A stretch of DNA of 64,000 nt from Pelomyxa schiedti (taxonomy: Eukaryota; Protista; Evosea): NCBI GenBank assembly GCA_020536535.1, contig JAHLWZ010000827.1:1-64000 (forward strand), in the 5' to 3' direction. Position numbers and translations under genes: made by a program. Positions 24,743-36,904 of the stretch are shown piece after piece. The stretch's first letter is position 1. The number at the start of each line of letters is the position of its first letter. Below the pieces are notes generated by a model. The model had not been told where the DNA came from, did not search any database, and saw only the letters and a program-made list of their open reading frames with translations.

Positions 24743-26146
24743 TTAGTCTCTCCCACGCCAAACAGTTACTGGGAATTTTTTGGATATTAAGTGATTGTCC
24801 TCGTAAACCACTACCACGTTGACCTGAATTGGTTGTAGGTTTTATGTTTTTTGTAACTCAGGGTGAAGAGCAGATTACCTCAAATTCTACTTTGAATGTT
24901 CTGCTAGACATAGTGCAACAGGTGAAAAGCCTAGGTAAGATCATATACATTGGTATTTCCATTCCTCTGGCTATGTCACCGTCAGCAATTTGAATGTTCT
25001 GTGATAAGGTAAAGGCTCAGTAGAGGAAAGAGCACCTAGCCTACTTGGATTTCGGTTTCTAAACGGCAATTAGAGTAATTAAGGAGAAACTTAGAGATGA
25101 ACCTTCAGTGGCGTAACCATCACCACAGCCTTAAAAAGCAAAGTATTTTAGAACGAACCCTACAAAGAAGACAATTACCGCAAGTTTCAACTCTTACTAG
25201 TTGCAACTCAATTGACTTGATTACTGCGTCGCACTCAGAAACAGTAAGTACGCCAGTAAAAGGTTTTCTAATGTCAACAGCCGCATTATGTAAGGCACCA
25301 GTCATCTTAAAGTTTGGAACAGCCCGCTTTGCAATTGTCTGGAGGGCTGACTTAGAAATTAGCTAAAAGAGGATATGTTACTCTTTTGTCGAAATCGGCA
25401 TGCGTGAGTGTGAAACTCACTGGTTTTTCTTTGGGTACTTCAGCACTCTAAACCATTATCAAAATTGCAAGTTGGATAGAAAATGTACCGGAATTTCTAC
25501 GATGAACTCAACTACTTTACTCATATCCTTTGCCATAACACCTCGCTTGATGTCACACTGTGGGATTGCAGTGAGACTTTTGTGATAGATTTTTCTTGTA
25601 ACCTTAATAGTATATGCGGAATTAACAAATACACCATGATAGGTTTCAAAGAGTTGTTGAGTGGGAATTGGTTCCAATCTGAATTCGAATGGAAGCTCGT
25701 TTGTTCCGTCAGGCCTGCAAAGGGATAATGAGACACACATAGTATAGTGTCTGGGGTTAGTCATACAATTTGCCTGTTGGCCATCGGAACGTAGCCATCA
25801 ACATAGAAACTGGCTTGATGCTATTGTAGAAGGCTTCGAACAAACCCACGCTCTTGGAGCTCATCTAAACCTGCACGTGAGCATTCGCGGAAAAGAAACC
25901 AAGCGACACACCTGGAGTTGTACAACACCCTCGCATACCAAGTTGATTCCTTGGTGGCTAAACGCCCCTTTGCTCGTCACCACAACGACACCAGACACAA
26001 TTTCCTGCAGAGAGGGCGTTGTTAAAGTAAGAAAGAAAAAAAACCACTCCACTCGAACGACAACGCACCCCAGGGCGATAGATCTTGTCTATCCTCTTGA
26101 TCCTGATGTCCAGCGCGGGACCAGTCGATGCAGGAGAAGCACTCAT
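24743..26146 (-). CDS. VPS26C: VPS26C/DSCR3, retriever complex subunit
   Basis: ALDIRIKRIDKIYRPG|EIVSGVVVV...SHQGI...SSKSVGLFEAFYNSIKP, LFETYHGVFVN, IKSIELQLVRVETC, TEIQ|NIQIADGDIARGMEIPMYMILPRLFTC. Confidence 0.95.
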
Positions 26147-26362
26147 TCCCTCTTTGAAAGGTTTTTTTTTTCTTTTAAGCATCAAAATCGATCATTTTTT
26201 CTTTCCGCAGAGACCAGATCTGAGTGAAGGGCATGTTGCCACACGAAAATCCTTTGGCCTCCGAGCTTGGAGGCCCGTGCTCCGTCAAGAGAAAAAGGAG
26301 CAAGTGGTTATCAACAGAATGCTCTGAAAGGAACAAACGGGAAGAAAAAAAAACGAGGGGAA

Positions 26363-29300
26363 ATGGACGAGTACCCCGACGAAATACGACGACAACCGTT
26401 GCCCGTTGTCGGGATTGTGGGCGGTGCTATTCAAATAAACGGGTTGAGTCTGGAATCTCTGTTGGTGGCGGCCACGTGCCAGGCCCAGCTAGCCCAGTTC
26501 CAGACCACCACCCCCACCGCTCCCATAACTCTTTCCCAGCAACCCACTTCTTCTTCCTCCTCCTCTTCCCCGGCGACTTCTTCGTCCTCTCCTCCTCTTT
26601 CCTCTGTGTCCTCGACCCAAGCAAGCCAGACGTCGTCCTCGTGTCCCATAATTCCCTCCCCAAGCCCCTCCAACCTCTCGCCGGCAGTCGTCCCTCCCTC
26701 GTCCTCGATCTCGAGCCCATCCTCAGTCGCCCCCAGTCAACCCACAATGATTCACACTCTTCATCACTCGCTTCAGCACCTGGCCATCTGCCAGCAAAAA
26801 AGAATCGGCGTCTCTGGGGAGCGTGGTCTGGCTTCAGACCAACAACTCAGCCTGCTTCAGTCTCTCATGCCGCCGGCGACAAAGTCCATCCCCCAGGCTC
26901 TGCAGTTGCAATTAAATCAAATGCAACTGCAGATTCAGACACAACAGGCACTTCCTTTGCCAACTCCAATTCATGGAAGGCTGACTGTGCACTCTTTACC
27001 TGATTTGGGAATGCTCCCTGGTGAGAGGAAGAAAAAGGAAATGGATGGCTATGTGGCTAAGGGTTTATTCAAGTCATCTTGGCTGTTCAAGATGAGGGGA
27101 AGGGGACCACAACAGGAACCTGGAAACACTACAGAAAGTGAGGAACCTGCTAATTTGGCTTCTTCTCTGCAGAGAACATTCACACCTGTGGTCCGGATAG
27201 CTGACATTCGCACTGTTGAACCAAACCAGGTACTGAAGGAAGAAGAGCCTGAGGAAGGTTTATCAGCAGCCTCTAGCTCTGAACAGTCTTCTCCACTTCC
27301 TGGCTCACTTGCAAGTGGCAGTGCCTCAGGAACTGCTTTAGGTTCTCTTGCTGGGACATCATCTGCATCATCCTCCTCAGAGTCACCACAACTTTACCTT
27401 TCTACTGGAAGTGGTGCTATTCCTGCCATGCCAGTTTCTTCCCCTCCTATTCCAGTTGTATATGGTACACACAACTCCACAAACAGTCATGCCATCAAAT
27501 CTTCCCCGGCTTGTGTTATCTTGTTCTTCCACCTGACTGATGAGAGACAGTGGCCACAAAAGCAAACAGAAATTCTCTCTGCTGTACAACAAGTCAAGTG
27601 TGCAAGTTTCTTTCTCCTTTGACCCACTGAAGTTATCTAGGCGAAGGATGAGAGGCCGCTCCACAAAAATTATCGTTTCCCTTATTTTAAATACATCCGT
27701 TGGTGAGTTCAAACTTTTTATTGCTTTCCTCAATGCCTCTCTTTTGGGAAAAAAGCTGATGTAAATGATGAGCATATTGCCCTTCTTAAAAAAAATAACG
27801 ACCATGATGCCCTCTTTCTTGCCTGTGGAACTGCTGAAGTGAAAGTATCTTTATGCACCCCGATTTGCCCTCATTGAGAAATTTTCTAAGGCACATATCT
27901 CTCATGTGGAGAAATCGGCTTATGAAGCTGCTCTTTCTCATTACTCCAAAGAAGTACACAAAAAAATAAGCCGACTGTCTCATGTCACTAAATCTGCAAC
28001 TGTATGTTGAAGCACTTCGTTTTCGTTACTCATTCTTATTTAGCCAATGGCTGTGAATGCTCGACTGTTATTTAAAATTGCACATTTGAATGAATTCCGC
28101 CAAGATGCTTCCCAAGCAAGCAGGTACCGTATCAAGTTGACTTCACATTGACCAAGAATTAACCAAAGATACTACCAACAAGCATATATGCAGATGCGAG
28201 AATTGAAGCTAACGGAAGAAAAGAGGCAGGACCAACCAGGCTCAATCACATTAAACGAAATTAAACACTGTAATGGAACTTTGTTTCTTGAAAACAATAA
28301 CAAGTTTTAGTGGCTGATTGGATTAACTTCAAGCTTGTAACTATGTACTACCTGCAAATGCAAAACCTTACAGAAGCAGTTCAGCAGTTTCACAAACACA
28401 TGGTATTATTCAGGAGGGTAGTCAACCTGCCAGAGATAGAGTTTGAGCACTGGGGTTGGGTGGCCAAACAGTAAGATTTTCCACTGAAATATTCTTTATT
28501 TTGAACGGGACAAAGGTACAAAGCATTTGCTGAACTTCTGCAATTAATTCCTACACTGGTACCAGCTTGTCGTGGTCAAAAGCATCCAAGCTTTTACTAC
28601 CAGGTCGGCCCTCTAGTTTGTGTGGCTATCTGATCTATGTCATAGGCAGCAGCACAGTACACAATGGAACGTAGAAGGCATGCTTGTGTATCATGTGAGG
28701 TACTATTTAGTTAGCACCCTCGGGGTCAACCACTATTCACCTTCTCCAGCCACTACGAGAATCTCCCCTCCTACCAGAGGTTAGGCACTTGCCAAAGTCT
28801 CCATATATGAAATTGGATTACAGCACACAATTCTACTTAGGCCAACTTGGCAGCTCCAGTGTGTATATTGCAACATCAGATAACACGTTTATTCACTCTT
28901 AGATATTGCTTCCCCTGATTCCAAACTTACACATGCACATACTGATAACCTATACACTCATGTTTATACCCTTATTGCGTATGAACTTTCTTGTGTGGAA
29001 CATACTAGATTCGCCCTAAGTCTTTACAATGCCGCCTTGGCAGAGTACATGGTTCTCTAATTTTTTCCTTATCGAAGCTAACAATCCGGACAGTCTGTAC
29101 CACACGCAAAACGTGCAATGAGCTCTCTGTCGTGCCAAATTGCTATTTGCCACTACCAGTTGGAAGAGTGGGAGAAGGCCAAAATGTATTCCCTTTTTTT
29201 GTATCCTGACCTGTATCTGACTTTGTGGTAGGATTGCCGATAAACTTGCAGATAATTACCGTAATGAGCAGTGGTGGGATATGCTAGTGTTGGTCCTGGC

Positions 29301-31876
29301 AATATCTAGAGATTGTGCTCGGAGAATAGGAGGAGATCGCACTCCAAATTTTATTTCAAACAGCTTGGAGCTTCTCCTCCCTTGTATGTGTGTGGACCAG
29401 TTGCCCAACATTCAAAATCTCTCCAGGTCTGCCTACAACAGAGACCGAGAAGAAGTGCATACAAAGCTCTCTCACTCGAATTATTGATGTATAGTAGCAT
29501 CTTAAACAATTATTCATAAATAATTAATAAATAAACAATAAGAAATTTTTTGCCAGAAAACAACAGCAGCTTCAGAGCCAGTCCCTTCCAGAAAACCATT
29601 ACTTCATTTTGGGAAGCCAATGCCCGATTTGACAATAACTGATGTTGACAAGCTGACTCTTCAATCCTCTCTGCGTCTTCATTTAGCTCAAAATTACTCC
29701 CTATGTACTTCGACTGAAGCTTTTTACCAGCTCAACAAATTGTAGTGTCTTGTGAAGTACATTGGAAGAAGACATTGGCTTGCGCTGGAGAGCCCCTAGT
29801 TTTTACGGTCAAAATTACTTCGCGATTTGTTTCGGAAATACGTTTTACCTTGGTAATTACATTAATCTTATTATTTCTAATTCCACTGCAGCTGCGGGCT
29901 TCTTTCCATGACCCACGCTTTTCTGTATCTTGGATTAACCCTTCATCAGCTCCTCCCAATCCATCTTCTGTGTGCACCGAACTTGTTTTGGCACCAGGAT
30001 TACCCAAAGTGTTTTCTTATGAAATTCTCCCAAAGGACTTGGATCACATAGAGGTACTAAATGGTGTTGTATCTCGTCTAACCTAAGTTAGTGCACGGCA
30101 GTGTCCTTGATATTTGGAAGTGAAACTGGACCATACCTGGAATTTTCTTGGAAAGTCTGTGAGTGGACCCCAGCCAATACTGACCCTAGTTACAAACCTG
30201 TAACATCTGTTAGGTACGTCTTATGACCAATTAACTGAATTTCCCACACTCCACAGGATCACAGAAAGGCCACCACAGCTCAAGATTTCCGTTGTGCACA
30301 CGGCACCAGCATTAATCGATGAACTGTACGAACTGACAATTTCTTTGAAGAATGATGAGGAACAACCCATACAAGGAGGTTCCATCACGTTCGATATTAG
30401 TAGGTTCCTGATTCTACATCTGCACTCTCATCCATCCAAGGAGAAAGCCCAATCTACTTCTTTGATGTGCAAGGAAACAAGCAGCAAGGTGTCTCCCTCA
30501 CTTTCAATCAAATTCCACAAGCAGGGATATTTACTACCAGGGTGTTCGTACACTGCATCGAGATAACGGAGAAAACCTTACAAATCAAAGTGAGTAAAGC
30601 TAAAAACAGTATTCCGAACTTAAAGCTGCAGGTGGCCTATACTACGGCAGACGGCTACCGCTCTTGTGTGGGCCACTCTGAGTGCCTAACACCACAAAAA
30701 CCTTTCTCCATTAGGTTCAACTTTTTTGATGCCGATACTCTTCTTCCAGTACTCCCACTTGCACAGCCACAACCAATCAGTCCTCCCTCCCCAATTCCAG
30801 GTGCAAACAAAACAGCATTCAATTTGCTTGCTGCCAATCCCACAACTTGCTTGTCCCTAGCCAAACCCTTTCTCGTTAATGTTGTGCTCCAACCACACCC
30901 TTCCATCAATTTTCCTTTGCATTTGCATGAATTAAATCTTGACATTGTAAGTATTTTTCACGATACTGTTGTTGTATTCACAAAATCTTCAGGCACCCCC
31001 CACAAGTAACAGTGATAATGTGGTTCAGCTTCTTGCAGTGACACCTTCTGTAAGAACCAAGGCATCCAATGGTATAGAGTAGACCGATTGGGTTCCACAA
31101 TGCTAATTATTCTCCTCTGATTACAGACGTTCTATTTACTATCACGAAAGATCAGCAACATAACTCCTGGTTCATGCTTGAAGCAAAACCCCCAGAAATT
31201 CCCCGCTGTTCTTCACCCACAATTGGATCCCCAGGCCCGGCAACAACCACAGGCACAGCCATGACACAGACTCCAATCAAGAAGTTGACACTTCTGGGGA
31301 CTCTCCACGTTGTCTGGTCTCGGTCACCATCCAGTCCTCACAGAGTCACCACCAGTGCCTCATTCCCCAAGGTAGAATTCACAAACCCGCCTTGGAGATG
31401 GCACATTGGTAATGCTCAATCACTCTTTCTTCTTCCTTTCTCTCCTAAGTCATATCCTACAAAATAGAGAATGACACTGAAGGTGTAGTTGGTGTTCCTC
31501 TACATGCCATTTTGACAATATCCAATTTTTCTACCCAGCCTCAGGTAAGCAACTCTAACTCCGTAATCGACCCATTTACCAATAACCAAAGGACTTCATT
31601 CTTCAAGTCAAGGATTCTGGCAAATTCCTTGTATCCGGAATAGTGTCATGCAGCACAGTCAGTGTGCCCCCCCACAGCACCCTGACCCTGCCACTGTGGT
31701 TCATTCCACAGATATCAGGAAGCCAGTCACTCCCCCCGCTGTGCATAGCCCCAAGGTCACTGGCGGACCTAATGCCCAGTGTGTCTGTTGTGTTCTCAAG
31801 CTGTGCACCTCCTGTGGTCTACCCAAAGCCAGTTTTCATCAGGCCCTGTGCTTCCCCTTGCTACTATCTGAGGTAG
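26363..31876 (+). CDS. TRAPPC11: TRAPPC11 (foie gras), TRAPPIII subunit, with large Ser/Pro/Gln-rich N-terminal inserts
   Basis: MDEYPDEIRRQPLPVVGIVG, YVAKGLFKSSWLFKM, ARLLFKIAHLNEFRQD, ADWINFKL, EFEHWGWVAKQ|YKAFAEL, HPSFYYQ|AAAQY, YRNEQWWDML. Confidence 0.9.
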
Positions 31877-32079
31877 GTCGTCAATGCCCAATCACCCAAC
31901 ATCCCAATTTTGTGTTCTTCGATGCAACAGGAAATGAAATGTATGTAACAAGGAAGTGGAATGACTCCTTTTTTTTTTTCATTGGCTGTGAGGTGATGAA
32001 TATCCTAATAGTATTCCGCTGTGCCACAGTGGTACTCACTTATACTTTTTCTTTATGTAAGTTGTGCGAAGTTTTCCAT

Positions 32080-32821
32080 TTACGAGTGTGAGCTAGCCCA
32101 GTGCTCACTGAATTTAATAACATACTCCTGAGAATGTTCCAAATGTAAAACAGAGGGTTAGGAAATCTAACCCAAAAAAACAGAAAACACTCACCTCTTG
32201 GGGGTCAGTAAGGACCCTAGAAGTTTCTTTGTGACAGAAACTCCTGGCCTTGTTCACCATCCTAATTGCCTGATTTGGATTCTGAGCTATCCCACAAGCC
32301 ACAGCGATGCAGGCCAGTGCCATCGAAGTGCGACCCCGCCCCGCCAGGCAATGACACACGACTGCGCGGCCCTGTGCTAGGGACGCCGCGGCCGCCTCGC
32401 ATACCGCAGTTATGGGAGCATAGAGCTCCCGCATCCGAGCCTGTAACATGTCGTTTTGCGCTTGTTGGTCAAGTGGCTCTTGTGTATGTTGTTGGGTTGT
32501 CGATGTTGTTGTTGCATTGAGACGAGGGCGTGGTGGTTGTGGGTTACTGGGGACTGAAGTTGGCGGGGCGCCGTAGTCGGGGGTTGGGAGGTGAATGAAC
32601 CGCGTGGAGTGGGGATTATGGGTCCCGTCACCCGGTGGGGAGTGGAATTGGTCCCAGAACGACGGGGTGGTTTCGTTGAGGCACACAACGAGGCCAAACG
32701 GGGGAGCGGTGCTTCCCACAATGGCGTCGTACGCCGACTTTCTTTCCGGGAATGGCATTCCTGCTATCTTTCCTTCCACACACCACCAAAGTCCATCGGG
32801 TAACCCCGTTGCATTTGCCAT
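32080..32821 (-). CDS. Dual-specificity/tyrosine protein phosphatase (DUSP23/CDC14-like), one 3' intron
   Basis: WWCVEGKIAGMPFP, HLPTPDYGAP (general-acid loop), VVCHCLAGRGRTS (CX5R), AIRMVNKAR, TDPQE|EYVIKFSEHW. Confidence 0.88.
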
Positions 32822-33362
32822 TATCTTCAACGCGAAAAAGAAATGGGCCTTGAGGACTCCCAAATTCGGCCCACAGTAAAAACAACAAAGAAAAAAATTA
32901 TATCTGTTGCACTTTCCCTTTTTTTTCTTTTTCCATCCCAAAAACAAAAAATCTAAAGAGGGCCACTTGTGTGAGGCCGCGCCAGCGTAAACAAAATGCG
33001 GAGCAACAAAATGAGGCCGGATGACCGCGAGCGCAGTGACGAGGAGGAGAGTGGCAACGAGGACGACGACGAGGAGGAACCCCCTGCCCCACCGGTGTCC
33101 CAGAAAAGAACACCCACGCGGTCGAGCTTCTAGTGTGACACCTCCTCCGACTGTGTTTTGACACATTACTTTTTTTTTTAAATATTGTGTGATCAAGATG
33201 CCTGCCATTTTTATTATTATTATTATTTTACTTGTTCATTTATAACTTGTGTCGATCTTGCTTCTTCTACGTTTGTGTTTTATTTCTTTATTTATTTCCA
33301 ACAAAACAACCCCCAGTTTGAATAGACGAAAGAAGGGAGAATGGGTGTCCCCAACTGCCCAG

Positions 33363-34473
33363 ATGTGCATGGCTATAAACGATAGATTGAAAGGACTCGC
33401 GCAGAAAGTGTGCACAGCATTGCAACGGCAGATCCCTGTTGGCTCAACTAGAAGCATTTTTGAGATTACATTCGTTTTACACACTGGAATAGAAGGTACA
33501 AGCGTGGCATCTAGGCTCCCTTGCCACAATCTGGTTTTGTTTCCAATCTTAACTGCTTTGTAGAACTCGAAACACAACATTTGCCTATGTCTGTCACAGT
33601 TTCACTGGAGCAGGGAGCAAACGACATCACACGCGGTCCTGTGCCTCTGATAACCGGTTCGAAACCAGTGCTCTCTGGTATACTGAAGAATCCTGGCATG
33701 AACGAAACAAAAGCAAGGGCTCTGATTTTTAAAGTGATTGCTGAATGGCTCTATCGGTGCTGGGAAAAAGTAACTGTACTCTCCCTGTCGTGCTTGTTAC
33801 TCAAAACTGCCTAGATAGCTGCGAACGAGAAATTGGGAGTGTTTCCTGGTAGATCATTTTCGGCATCCATACAAACTACACCACCTGTTCCTGGGGGTTT
33901 AACTTTTGACCTCAGGCTTGGTGAGTGGGTTGGGGAAGGTGTATCGTACTTCGCTGGTGTGCTCATTGTTTTTACTTTTACTTCTTCTGATTCAAACAAG
34001 AAGAAGAAGAAGTCAAGGCTTCCTCTCCCGATGATACTAAGTCACCATCAACAGTGGAAACAGCATACACAGCGGGAGTACCTGCTGAGGCTAATAAGCC
34101 TTCTCTGCCAAAGGTAGCCTATTCCCTTCCTGTGCTATCCTTTAATGCATTAGAAGCCACTTGTTTGTGACAAGGGACACCTTCTTCTTCCTCTTGGGCG
34201 AGACGAAATGCTGCACGATGAGAGCTATGATTCAGGCTACACCTGTGATCAGTGCCAAATAGCGTACCAAACCATAGCAGACAATGAAGTTGTTAGACAC
34301 TGTAATCAATGTTCATATGACTTGTGCCCTAAATGTGCAGCTACAAGAACGGTGACCTTCCCTATTTCTTGCCATTTCGTTTGCTGATTCTCAACAAATA
34401 GCCTCCTAAACCTCAAGCCGAAGTCTCAAACACCACAACAGTAACCGGAACAGACCCAACAAACGCAACATAA
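33363..34473 (+). CDS. Hypothetical protein with C-terminal Cys/His zinc finger (DC1/ZZ-like), 5 introns
   Basis: Open spliced frame through GT-AG introns; CDKGHLL...YTCDQC...RHCNQCSYDLCPKC. Start codon uncertain. Confidence 0.65.
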
Positions 34474-34619
34474 AGATTCCGTCTCAATTTCTATTTCGAG
34501 CAACTGTAAAATTCTATTTTTCTTTTGGGAAAAGAACCAACAACAAACAAAGAAGGCGCGCGTCAGGGTAACACCCCATCGAAAGGGAAAAGCAAAAAAA
34601 AAAAAAAAAAAAAACGAAA

Positions 34620-35404
34620 ATGGACCCATCATCACTTCTGTACACAACCGAGGAGACCATCGAGGAAGTAAATGTGATCGAGGAGAGCCCATTATCGTGA
34701 GTGGTCGTCGACGTTTAATGTTGTCGTCCCGTGCAGCCGCCAACATTTTTTAAAATGGAAAAAACCGACGTTGTTATTGTGGTGAAAGTGTGTTTAAATG
34801 TGTGTTTTTATCTTCATTCTACAAGTGGGCTAATTTACCCTTTTGTAAGCAAATGGGAACGAGAGCACCAAGAAATGTTATTGGCTAGAGCACAGAAGTC
34901 TGATGATATGCACAGAGCACTTTTAGATAAGGCCAGGGAGGACATTGCTGCCATTTATGCTGATAGGGAGAAGGCCATCAAAGCAAAGCAGGCTCAGAAT
35001 GAGTGTGTGCACCATATTTATAACCTAACAAACAATACCACGTTTATGTTCATATTGCGAGACGCCTTTCTTTCTTGTTGCGTATTATAACCGCAACAAA
35101 CCTAATTGGGATACACAGTGAAGCTGAGAAACAATTCTTACAAAGCCAGGAAACACTGTTCACTCATGGTACTGTTTGGGAGCAAGTAGCATCAATGGTT
35201 GACTTTAGTGGCAGTTCCCAAATGCTCTCACGCAAAAAGTTGGCTGCCGCAGCCGCTGCAGCAGAGAAAGAAAAATCGAACACAACAAGCACCTCTGCCA
35301 CATCACCCTCTGCTACTGCAATTCCCGAGATGGAGAAGGAAGATACCACAAGAATGCGTTCTGTTCTCATCAGCCTTAAGGCGGAAGGAGCACAGAAGGA
35401 TTGA
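34620..35404 (+). CDS. Clathrin light chain, 2 introns
   Basis: ESPLS|KWEREHQEMLLARAQKSD...AREDIAAIY...WEQVASMVDF...DTTRMRSVLISLK (diagnostic CLC C-terminus). Confidence 0.9.
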
Positions 35405-35541
35405 GAACATGAGGAAACCCACACACTACCAAATAAAACACATACAAAAAAAGAGGATAAACTCACACCTTTTTGTTGCACGTCCTTTTTGTTATGACCA
35501 CAAAAAAAAGAACGGTGCTGAAAACCAAAAATTTTCATTCA

Positions 35542-36652
35542 CTACAACAAAAAAGGCAACACAGCTTTCCTGGCTGATGGGTAGTCGGAACCAAACTTGG
35601 ATTTGTAGTACTGGTGTGTATGAAGTGCTCTGGGAAGGAGGTTTGCAACAGTAAGTACTGCCCAAGACCAGCCAACACTATTTGGGTGAATTAAGTACTA
35701 GACACTTTATTTTCCCCTATCTTACCTTGACCATAACAAGCAAGCCCATCCAAACCACTCTACAATTTCTCCAAAATAATTAGCCCCTGATACGTATTCA
35801 AATAGTCCACCCTTTTTTGGAGGCATTCTTTCATTTTGGTTGGCATACTAACATATTGTATACCTGCGGTATCTTATATTTGCCTGGCGGGTCATCTGGA
35901 GATCTAAGATTTCTCAAGCAATGATCAGAGTGCAAGTTGATAACCCAGCCTGAGAGGTACACGACAACTCCGAGGAAGAATCTCGGGTCAAATAGCCAAG
36001 AAGAAGGGTATTCAGGCCCACATGTTAGGGTCCTGCAACACATCTTAGCGAAATGAAATTATGGGCAGCCGCTTAGTACCACCCAAGAGTGAATCCAAAT
36101 GTAGAGGTAACGCATGCTCCCATAAAGATAATAGATAAAGGCATGGGCTTTCCTGCAAATTCACATGCACATTAACTACCAGAAGAGGATTGAAGAGACA
36201 AGCATACATACCTCCCCTAATCAAACACGGATAGATAACCACTCTGTTTACATAGTGCAGGCAAAATAGCACCAAGAAGGCAGTGTAAAGAAGTCCTTGC
36301 TGTGACCACGATAAAAACCTATCTGGGTAAATAATGTGCCACCCAAGGAATGAAAGTAAGACTGGGGATTCCATTAGTCTCCATCCCACCTTTACATCCC
36401 ACAAGTTAGTGAAAGTCACCCCCGAGTTCGGGCTCTTTGTCACCCACGCACCTTTGGGGATACTGAAGCAGATAGGAACAAGAATCTGTTAACTTTGGGC
36501 TGCAGGGAACTGCCTTCACTGGGGGAGCCAACAAATTTGCCGTATGGAGCATGGACGGAGCTCATCAACATGCACTGCATCACAGCAAGGCTGATGAGTG
36601 TCATCAAAGGTGGCACAGCCCACAACCACGCTGAGACTGTGAGAATCGCCAT
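35542..36652 (-). CDS. 3-oxo-5-alpha-steroid 4-dehydrogenase (SRD5A/DET2 family)
   Basis: APYGKF, GWRLMESP, HYVNRVVIYP, GWVINLHSDHCLRNLR, YKIPQ|GGLFEYVSGANYFGEIVEWFG, YPSARKAVLPFLL. Confidence 0.92.
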
Positions 36653-36904
36653 GCAGTGTCTGTGCTCCTCGTGTTCCACAAGATTTAAAAAAGAAGAATG
36701 GAGGGAAAAAACCAAAAGGTTCATCATCGCCTGTGTACCAAAGGTTCAAAGCCAGATGATCGAAGTGTTGTCACTCACGCACTCTGCCAATTGGATACAA
36801 CCCTTCCGTATGGCGGTCTTGCTCCTATGGAGAGATATTTTCCTTTGGTTTCCCTTCTTTCAGAATGAACGCGTTCCCCTCCAATCCAGATCTGTTAGAC
36901 AAAA

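Noticed and set aside
26224-27003. 259-aa overlapping plus ORF and antisense ORFs over TRAPPC11 exon 1
   Set aside because: Stop-poor alternative frames of low-complexity GC-rich coding sequence.
33236-33999. Minus-strand ORFs suggesting a gene
   Set aside because: A consistent GT-AG spliced model exists on the plus strand.
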